Part shown: piece after piece, positions 47,995 through 58,015 of the stretch
Position numbering within the stretch: position 1 is the stretch's first letter
How the letters are laid out: every line of letters begins with the position of its first letter
Source: Acanthaster planci
Taxonomy: Eukaryota
Length of the DNA stretch: 64,000 nt
Assembly (NCBI RefSeq): GCF_001949145.1
Contig: NW_019091356.1
Coordinates: 2,178,932 to 2,242,931, forward strand
Direction: 5' to 3'
The notes under the pieces: model-generated
The model's database searches: none
The model's input: the letters and a program-made list of their open reading frames with translations, nothing else
Told to the model about the DNA's origin: nothing
Position numbers and translations under genes: made by a program

Positions 47995-49760
47995 CCCCAG
48001 CAACACACATCGATCAGGATAAATAGTTGTTTGTGATCTAAACCAATAATACTTTTTGTATTCGTCATATTAATACGATCACCTTCCCCTCCCCAAGGCC
48101 TTCTCCATTAATTCAACCTCGGTCGATTATTGTCGAATTGTTCTGCTATTCTGGTATCGGTGATGGTCGATACACACCACATGTGGTCAAGCCTTGTTCG
48201 ATGTTAGACGTCTGGATGGCTGCAACCTCAGTACCGGGATCTACTTCAACCTTGATCAATGTGAACCCTAGATGTGGAGTACGGTTCCACGACTGGGTTG
48301 TCTTTGGCGCCGTCAGACTTGCGCTGAGCATGGCAAAGGGACTTTTGTTTTGAGGGACAAGTGGCGAGCAGTTGCGTAAATTTGTGCCGGAAATTGGGGC
48401 GACTGGGAATAGAGAAATGAGGGAAGATGACTCGCCCAGCCGTTGAAATTTGAAACGCCGGAGGGGGGGGGCTTTAAATGACCACTATAGAGGGAGCTAT
48501 GCTTATGATACAGATGTACATCTGTAGTATGCGTTACATTCCTGCAGAATGTTACATCCGAAGGGCGTATTTATGCCTTTTCTGATTTTTCTTCCTTGTT
48601 GAGTGATGTTGAATACATATTTTTTTTAGGAAATCAGAAAAAAAATCTTCACAATCTGCCTTAATTTTTTTTTACCCCATTAAAGCGGTGGGGGCAATTC
48701 GATGGTTCGATAGCCCACCCCCCCCTCCAACATGGGGGATTATACCCCCCTCCCGGGATTTACGCCCATAGTGACTTCATACAGTACCGATATTTACTTC
48801 TCTTCAAAACACCAATGCAACTTTTCAACATGGCATGAAAGAAACACGCTTTTATATGCCCAAATCAAAGCAAAACTAACCTTTGAACCAGTCGCATAAA
48901 TTGTTTTGGCATATTTGACAAGGTTTAAAGGCCAATAATACAATTTGTGTGCGCAGTAGGGGTCTGAGCTTGGAAGCTTCGAAGAATTAGCCACGGAATG
49001 ACGGAACCCCTCGCACGTATAACCTTGGAGCAGGTGCTATACTGGACAAAATGAAGGTAAAACTGGCTGGTCGATTTTGGCAGCCTATCTTTTTTTTCTT
49101 CTCTGTGATATTTCTTCATACTGACACTATCTGCAGATCACATCGATGGTGACATCAGAAAAAGTAACAACATACCCGATAGATCAACATGATGCAAGTT
49201 GCGATTTGAGCGGTGGTTAGAGGGGCGGAGGTGGCAGTTTCTGTATCAGTCTTCCATCAACATTCGCCCTTTTATTCTCAACTTTGGACGGTGTAAAGCA
49301 AACCCGATCAACAGAAAGAGATGAAACATCATAAATCATGTCACTACATACATGACACAATGTTCAACTAAATTACGTTACGAGAGTTCTGTTATAATTT
49401 GAGGGTATCGTGACCTTATCGGGCTATAATTAATCCCAATTAATCTATTTGACATGATTACTTGGAACATTCCAAAACCTGTCATGTAATTTTACAAAAT
49501 CCCAGTACCTCAAAATTAATTTTATGTAGCGCATGCGGGCATCAACATACCTCAGCACCTGTGCACACATGACAGATAAATGCGGTATATACCCCTTCAC
49601 TTTAATGCAATGTAAGCCTAGAGAAACCTCTGTCCCAATCCCTACGGTTAATTCTGTGTCAAGGGTTAAAATAGACGCTGTTTACTATAAAGTTTCCTTG
49701 CCCCGAAAAACAGCTACATCAACATTATGGTAAAATTACGATACTTGGTACTTTACAACT

Positions 49761-52700
49761 TTAAGAGCACCCCATTTGGACGCATGTCTGGGGTAAGTAC
49801 GACTCAGGTTCGGTCAAAAACTCGTATGCGTCGGCTGGGACGGTCCCGCGGCTCAACTTGACACAGATGTAGCGCACGTCGGCGCAAGACGCCCCCGTCA
49901 TGTCGAAGTTGTTGCGCACGCTGGTCAAAATGAAAGACTCCCCCAGAATCAGAGTGCGTCTGGACTGCAGGGTTGTCAGAGTGTTGGGGTTTTCAGAAAC
50001 CTGGAAGAGGTTCGATAGAAACGAAAAGGCTAGAGATGTTTAAGAGAACACGTTGCCGGTAGCGGGTCTAACTTCTTGTGGAGGTGTTTAGGACACTGTA
50101 ATATTGGCCTAAGTATTCTGAGAGCAACCGTATGTCCGGAGAGATGCACAATGAATTAGATATGTTCACTGGAACTGATTATGTTCACTGAATCACTGTG
50201 CGTGATGTTTTTTCTGAAGGATCGAAATCGGCCAAAAAAGACCGGAAAATCAGCTGGCCCGGACGAGCCAAGAGTTGTTAAAAGAGGGTTTTACATGGCT
50301 ACCATCTTGCAGGCCAGTGCTTTTGTTCAACGGGGTATGCACAAAGTAGGTTTCCCTATGGAACAAAAGAACTGCCCTGCAAGGTGGCTACCCCGCGAAG
50401 CCTCTATGCCCTACCTTCGGTCCACTACCGTCGGCGTTGGCGCTTCCCCAAAGTGACAGGACCCAAAGCCTATTCCCGCTGATCTCGCCGACCTGGCGTT
50501 TGTCGTAGATGGCCTCCATGATGAACTTGAGGTAGTTGACTGAGCCGTCCTGGCCGGCCTGCACGGCCGTGGGACTGCCGGGCTTCACATGCAAGGTAAG
50601 CCCGCTGATGATGAATCTCGGCACTGGTGGGGCTAAAGACGAGTGCAATGCAAATCAAAGACACTCAACATTACAAAAAGACGGCAATAGGATAACCTTT
50701 TCAAAATTCAATTGCATCAAAATTGTCGACAGTTGAACAGTTGAACTTAACTCTGCAAGTCCAGGAAAATATGGCTCTCCGGATAAAAAATCCTGTCTTG
50801 TTTTTGTGTATTTTGTCCACCGTACACGGAAATACATTCTGATTTCCGTATGAATTTACACACACCCTGTAGGCAGTTTTAAGTTCCCTTGATGGACGGT
50901 ATAGCGCCTTACGTGTGCACGTCAGCTCCATACACGCTCTCAGCGGATCATACATGATGAAATCCGGCTCCGGATCCGCGCCCTTTTCGAACTTCAAGCA
51001 GAAGTACGGGTAGTCATAGCAACCGACACCGCTGATGATGAAGTCGGCGTCCACGTCGAACTCCAGGCTCTCCCCAGGCGTCAGCGGCTTGTCCCGCTGG
51101 CACTTGCTGAGTACAGACCGCTCGTCGAAACGGTCGTCCCCGCTGCCGTCCAGGTTGGCACTGCCGTAGATGGACAGCTGCCAGAGGCGGGAGCCTCGGA
51201 TAGGGTCGGTGGGGTCGGACTCGCTGGCAGCGATGCTGACGTTCAGGCTGACGTGGACGGGTTCCTCGTAGTGTCCGGTGCCGATGTCGGTGAACGAGAA
51301 TGACAGCCGCCCTGCTCTGGCAACGGGGAGCGGTTCGTCTGTGTTTGGTCAGTTATCAAACCAGGAATAGAAAATATAAATGAGATAGGTGGTCGCTGCA
51401 CTTGATGATGCACTCTGCACAACTCTCCGATTCGATTTGAAAGAGAATGGTTAGCGTGAAAGTTAACCGTAAAAGGTCTCACGACACTGCTCGATCGGTG
51501 TATATGAAACCGCCAAAACCAGACCATTCGCTGTATCAATTCAGACAAACTAAACCTCACACCACGTTAAATATAACATGCGATTTTGTAAAATATCTTT
51601 TGTAAAATATATTTTGTTTAAAATATCTGTGTAGGAAAATTGAAAGCGGGGAGGGGAGGTCCCTGTACGTTCTAAAGCGCAAAGTAAAGGATCTTATTTT
51701 CGATGGTGCCTTTTCCAGTCCCTGGGTAGTCCGTGAAACTGCTTTAAATTGTATGTCTCCCGTCAACTTCTTAAAATGCATGTTCGCTACCATTGGAGAT
51801 AGGATTGAAGACCGTGTTATTTTTTGTCACTCGGCACACCATTGGTCATTATGTCAGGCAACAACTTTACGATTGTGATACTTACTAGTCTTGGTTCCAT
51901 GACTCTCCTGTTAGCCAATATGTATTAATTCAAACTATAGATGGCGCTATATTTGTTTGGATCTTTCGTCTGGAGAAAGCGCCCGTAATGTAGTGCGATG
52001 CGGAGCTAGCTGTTAATAGAGAGAGTTACGACATAACTGTCTCAGTTGTTGGAACCAAAATAGTGGGTTATGCGTCAGTGCACACAAACAATTAGCACGC
52101 AATAGCTGCATGCTGCACTGCACACATAAACAGCCATGCCATAGTAAAGTTGACGTTGCTCTCTCTATATACAGCTCTGGTGTGATGGGTCATGATCGCG
52201 GACTGAAGAAGGTCTTCGAACCAGGACTGGATACTTACAAGCACAAGGGACTTCCAGACACACCGTCAGTGGTGCCTCGAAAATGAAGTTTGGCACAGGG
52301 CCATAGCCCTTGCCGAACTCCACACAAAAGTAGGGAAAATTGTCGCATCCCACCTGCCCAATTACGAACTGGGTCGTCACATCAAAGACGAGCCCGTCCG
52401 TGGGCGTCAGGCGCGCGTCCTGGTCCGAACCGCTGAGTACCTGCGGGCGCTCGTCGAAGCGTTCCCCGTCGGACCCGTTCTGCCCTTTGTTGCCGAAGAT
52501 GGCGAGCCTCCAGAGGCCCGTGCCCTCGACGATGGAGGTGGGAACGTCCGGGCTCTTGCTTGGGGTCAGCTCGACCTGGAGGCTGATGTTCACCGGCTCA
52601 TCGTGAGGATAGGTGGGTGGTAGCACGAGTCTCACGGTCATTTCGCTGAACCGCGCCGTAGGGATCGGCGGAACGTCAGGATCTGGAAACAGAGGATTGA

Positions 52701-55261
52701 TCCAGCCCATATTTCTACGATAACCGTCAGATAGTGCTAAAGTTCATTAGAACACCAGGAAAGGGCCTTGTGTAGAAAAACAGACGCAAAAAGGGCCCTC
52801 GGAACAAAGTCAGCAAAGGATGTGCTGAGGCTGGATTGGAGGAATATAAAAGGAAATTGATTCAAGTAACACACTCAATACTGAAGCGATACCAAAGCAT
52901 TCCTGAGTGCAAAAGTGCATGGGATAATGCTAACTAACGGGTCCTCGACAGAATGACAGCAAAGTGGCGACCCCAAAGCCTGTTTTTGAAGGAAAATGTA
53001 TATAAAAGCCTGTTGCAACTCACATAGACAGTTGACTTGTCGACAGTGGGTGATGGGTCCCTGGATGGTAAAGTCCGGCTGTGGATTTTCACCTTTATCC
53101 AGTGTGATGCAGAAGTACGGGTAATCTTCGCACCCCACCCCGCCAAGCAAGAACTGTGTCCGTATCGTCAGCTGGAGCGGTTTACCCGCCACCAGGCTCT
53201 TGTCTGTGTTTCCGGTGGTAGTCAGGACCTGCGGCCGCTCGTCGTACCGATCGCCCCCGGTGCCGTCGGTCGACTTGCTGCCGAAGATAGAGACCCTCCA
53301 GAGGCCTGTGCCTTCCAGGTTTTGACGGGAGCTGGCGCTAGGGACGGCGGTCACAACCAGGAGAATCTCAATGGGCTCGTCCCGGGGGACGGAGGGTGTG
53401 TCCAATTGATCCAGGCGCAGCTCTGAGAAAATGATGTCACGGCTGGCATCAGCTGAGTCGTCCGGATCTGGTGTCGAAAATACGGCATTTTGTCAGGGTT
53501 GCAATCCAGTCATTCACAAGTCAAATGACAATTCGGTTGATAAGTAACAGAGTCGGAATATCTTAGCCACAGTTCAGTGGCTATAGGCTTGTGGTTGGTC
53601 TTGAGATCGAGTGATTAGTGGGCGAATTCGGGCGGGAACTAAAGTTCGGCCACCGTCAGTTATTTTTAACAGTGCTTATGTGCTACACAGTCTAACTCAA
53701 ACAACCCCAATTGAATTATTTTGTAACTAATTCATACTGGTAAAATGAATCGGTTATTGATAACCAGCGTTGCGATGATGCCAATGGCCTGGTCCTGAAT
53801 AGTCGACAAAATGGAACAAACTATCCATCCGTCGTGGAACACTGGTCGAACTATAGTTGACTGCCTCTTGAACCTGACCTGCGATTGACTAGTAATGACT
53901 CATAAAGACTTGGTTAAAGCTTCTCCAGACTTCAGATTTGCTTGACTCATGCCAGCAGAAAAAAAAGTGGATATTTACAATAACACGGTGTAGACCGGCA
54001 ACTGATCCACTTCTCCGGGTCTAGATCAAAAGTCATCGATGCGTCGGCCGCCCGGCTGACCTGCACACAGAGGTACGGCCCGGAGGAGCCACAGGCAAGA
54101 CCACTCAGATCGAACGCGGTGCTCTCGTCGAAGGCCAAGCTGTCGGTAGGGGAGAAGCTCTGAGCCCTCTCGTTGTTGCCGACGAAACCTGTCCGCTCGT
54201 CGTACCGGTCGGTGCCCGAGCCGTCCCCCTCACGGTTACCGAAGATCGTTACGTCCCAGAGACCGGTGCCGGTGATGGTGTCCGTATCGGCACGCGCCTC
54301 GGCCCTCAACTGTAGCCGAAAGTGTAGAATGAAGAATTCAAGATTGTTTTTTTTTTTAAGGCAATACCGTTTCGTTGTGCCTCTTAGTGTCCCAGTTGGC
54401 CGAAAGGTGATTCTCCGTTAGAGGGCTTGAAGGAAATATTTCATATCAGAAGTCACATACCACCAAGGAAGCAAACGTAATTAACCATTAATGCTTCTCT
54501 CCAACTACAACGCTACGGCTACATTCATGTTGAACTTTTTTCAAGATGTATTCACTTGACTCAGACCGGCTAACCGACCCCGGCAAGCTCGGTGGTCGAG
54601 TGGTTAAGACATCTGCACTAGTAAGCAGGAGGTCATGGGTTCGAGTCCCATCCGAGTAAGCTTGTGAGTTTTTTTCGCAAGCTCTCGGACAAGCACTGAG
54701 TATACAGTGATTATTAATACACGTTGGGTAAGGGAAAACCCATTATATAAATTGACATGTTAAACTCGCCAGTTCCAGCTATCATTTAGGATAGGGCTGC
54801 CACTATCTTGGATATGACTGACATTTTTGACGGAATAAGCCGCCTGAAGTAAACAGATGGAGGACCTTAGCACCAGACTGGGAACACGTACCTGGATGGA
54901 GACTTGTGCCGGTACGTTGTAAGACGGTGGGTAGATCCCTGTTGCCTCATAACTCCACACAAGCGTTCCAGAAAGCCGTGCTACATAATACCAATACGGA
55001 AAATGATCAGATTATAAGCTTTCTCAACCAGCTCCCTCCTTTAATGGGCTCGATCAAGCATTTGCTTGTATTTCATTGTATTTTGCCACATCCATGACGA
55101 TGATCATTGCCAATGCCTTAAAAATATTATCACACAAGAAAACGGAGAGAAATATGGATCACCCTACCCACGGCAGTCTGCGCTCTCGAGACTTGAACTG
55201 TGGCACTAAGAAAGGCAAGGCACAGGAGGCCTACGACGACCCTAAGACAAGACCAAGACAT
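49761..55261 (-). CDS. Secreted protein 'A': signal peptide + 5 copies of the same four-Cys D domain; 761 aa
   Basis: 8 exons totalling 2286 nt in frame: 55261-55168 (MSWSCLRVVVGLLCLAFLSATVQVSRAQ), 54980-54892+54309-53979 (D1), 53467-53024 (D2), 52682-52239 (D3), 51338-50913 (D4), 50632-50415+50000-49761 (D5, TAA). Confidence 0.85.
54587..54755 (+). mobile_element. SINE with a near-intact tRNA-Thr(AGT)-like head
   Basis: gctcgg-tg-gtc gagtggttaa gac-a-tctgc actagtaa gcagg-aggtc-atggg ttcgagt cccat-ccgagt folds as a cloverleaf with an extra base in the anticodon loop, followed by a tRNA-unrelated body (cactgagtatacagtg...) and an AT-rich end. Confidence 0.7.
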
Positions 55262-56879
55262 GACTTCTCTCGTATCGATACCGGTTTTTGTCCGGAGGAG
55301 GAGACCGTCTTCGACAACAATCTCTTTCTGTGTCAGTAGCTCGTATGGCCGAGAGACAAATTGCACAGATCCCAAGCTACCGTTTGAACCAACCCCGGAT
55401 GTGGGAATTGAGAACTGAAATGATCGATTCGACGGTATCGACTACTTCAGTGGCCGAGTGATGTCCGGCTGTGGTTACTGGCAGCTCAAACAGTTCGCAG
55501 GAAACGTGAGCAAACACTTGACCTTCGCGCCAAGAGCACTCATGGTTGTAACGTGTTGACTGATGACGTCAGACACAAGATGCTCTCTCCTTGACTTTCA
55601 CAAACGTCAGAAGCAGCTATGACACTCGTTTTCTCTCTTGTGCTTATGTGTTATCGGAGGGAATTCTGCAAAATTATCTGTGGGACTTGGAACAAGTTGC
55701 TACGAGGACTAATTGGGCTAGTCAAATAATGGCAAGTCAACCCGTTTCCCGTGGAACTCTCAACAAGCTTGGGAGTGGGTTAAGAACGTAATCGATAGTC
55801 TCAGCTGCCTCTAGGGCCAAGCTGTTGCGCTTTTGTGTTGTGCTTTGGTTATTTGCACGACCAAATCAGTTCATTATTTGAAGTGGCCGAGATCGACCTG
55901 AATCGTTGCAAAAGTGGTCTTTCTGGTATCTTTCTGTATTTTTAGCCACTGGTAGAATCTGTTGCTAATGAATCAAAGAGAAGTTTAGATCCGAAAATTA
56001 TTTTTTTAAATAGATTGAAAATTTTGATAATTGAGCATCTGAAAAAACAAACAGGCAAACAAACTAAGTAACAAAAACACGACTCGGTCGCTGAATTATT
56101 GATGACAAATACATGTGAAAAGGGGAGCGTGCTTTCAACTGGTGAGATCCGATCGTTAGCGGTTAATTTTCACGAAATATTCATTTGGGGTGTTCTGCTT
56201 TGTCTTGAGTGTTAAACATCGTTTCTATACGTTCTATACGTTTAAATTTAATTCTAACTTATGGTGTGGAAACTCGCTTCTCGAGTCGCAATTTATTTTG
56301 ACATAACACTAGACTTCGTGGTAAAATGACGCGACTAGGACTTGTGAAAAATGCCTTCGTCTCTGAAATGGGAACAAGTTGTATCATGCTTATTTTCAAA
56401 CTAAAGGAATGGTTCGATCTTTTGCAGTAAATTTCCCTCTCAATACGTTGCTTTTGAATGAGTTAAAATGATACATCTTAATGGGTTAAAAATCAGGGCA
56501 TGCCAAAACGGAGATAGACGAGACTGAAAAAAAATCTCCCAGATAAAATAATTATGTCACTTTTGACTGCCGCGTAATCAAAAGAGGGCGCTGTTAACTA
56601 ACCTCATAATGATAAAGCTGAGCAGCGTAGCGCTAGCGTCGCACGCGTGCAACATAACAGCACGTTATGCGTGTGTATATATCGTGAGGAGCTGTCAGAT
56701 TGCCCGGGGGCCTGTTAAGTTGTAGCATATAGAGGACAAAAGCAAACTGATGAGTTGTTCGATGATTCACCATGCTGCATTGTTGGTTTGTGGGGCAATT
56801 CCCGACACTTCGTTACGTAATCTGATTTTAATCATTTCCGCTGTGTGCCGTCTCTGGGGGAAAATTATAACAACAGTGT

Positions 56880-57013
56880 TGTCGTCCACATGCGTACGCC
56901 TGCACCCCGTGTGTTCTCACTGCAGTGGACCTAAGGCTGGAGTGAGCGACGGCCGCACCGTTCAAAGTTGTATTTCTGTTGTCTTTGTGGTCGTACCTTC
57001 GACAAAGATTTAG
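56880..57013 (+). other. Candidate non-coding first exon of a downstream + strand gene
   Basis: CpG-rich promoter-like stretch at 56570-56960 ending in a consensus donor TTAG|GTAAGT at 57013/57014, followed by a long CpG-poor, ORF-poor intron-like region; the exon start is approximate. Confidence 0.4.
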
Positions 57014-57668
57014 GTAAGTTTGATTATGTATAACGTACGTTTATGTTTTCACATTATAACGACCACTATGCATGCAAACATGGTGCTTCTCTGCAAAATT
57101 ATTCTGGAAAGAAGGGACATCCCATCAAGAAAGACCCGAGATTTGTTTCCATGTTTTCTTCTGCACGGCTAAAACTTTACTCTGTAAAGCAAGTTTTTTT
57201 TTCTTGTGGGATCAGAATGTACGTTCCTTGTGTTAACCCTTGTGTTTAAGAAAGCTCCCACCCTTTTTGAACATTGTTCCGCTGCCTCTGATGCCGGGCT
57301 AAATTGGTAAGATTTCAAAAATTGAGTGTTGTTGCACACTACACTGTACGTATTGGAATCAGGTGTGGACTGGTACATACATTATAGGCCTACGGCTCTC
57401 CGCTATTTTTATTTTTAATCCGCCCATTTACCACATGCTTCCCCCGTCGAACTGGAAAACAAAAATCAGTTAATAAAATTTGGACTTCCTTCAAGTAGGA
57501 GGCCTTCAATTAAAAGTGCGGTTTCACACGGGTCTCGCCATTTCTATGCCAACTGTAGTGTTTAATTGGCATAACTGACTGGTGCCTGGACTACATCGTA
57601 TTCTTTGTCACCTTAAAAGACATGATTTTTCTCTCCTTATATTCCTCATTTGTGTGGATTTAAATTAA

Positions 57669-58015
57669 AGGGGCAGGTTATTTCTATGTGCTGCATATTT
57701 TGCGATGTTGTATGTTATGTGGGTGACAAAATGCTTCCCAATTTTTGGCATCTGTGTGCAATTTAAGTTCGATTCAAATGTTGTCTTGCACTGTGTTCCA
57801 GAGATTGCAGGTGAAAATCCACTTCATTTATTCATTTTTTTCAGTTCATCTGAATAATTATTAACCAACTAACATAGTCTGTTTCCCTTTTTAGTTGAAT
57901 AGGATGAAATGCTTTCCACAAAGCTGTGTACCATATCTTCAGGAATCAAATCTTTTTTTAATAGTCACAGAACGTTCCTTTAAGGGGTATCATATTTTCA
58001 GATGGGACTGCCCCT
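57669..58015. mobile_element. Kolobok-like non-autonomous element
   Basis: TTAA|aggggcag ... ctgcccct|TTAA: TTAA TSD, RR..YY termini and an 8-bp TIR. Confidence 0.6.

Noticed and set aside
54587..54658. Functional tRNA-Thr gene
   Set aside because: The anticodon loop has 8 nt, the acceptor stem is imperfect, and a SINE-like body and tail follow; treated as a SINE head.
23700..55261. One giant gene containing all 17 modules
   Set aside because: There is an in-frame stop directly after the last Cys at 49761, plus separate ATG/signal-peptide exons with TATA boxes at 47878 and 41879. The only donor after B-D2 is phase 0, incompatible with the phase-1 exons of gene C.
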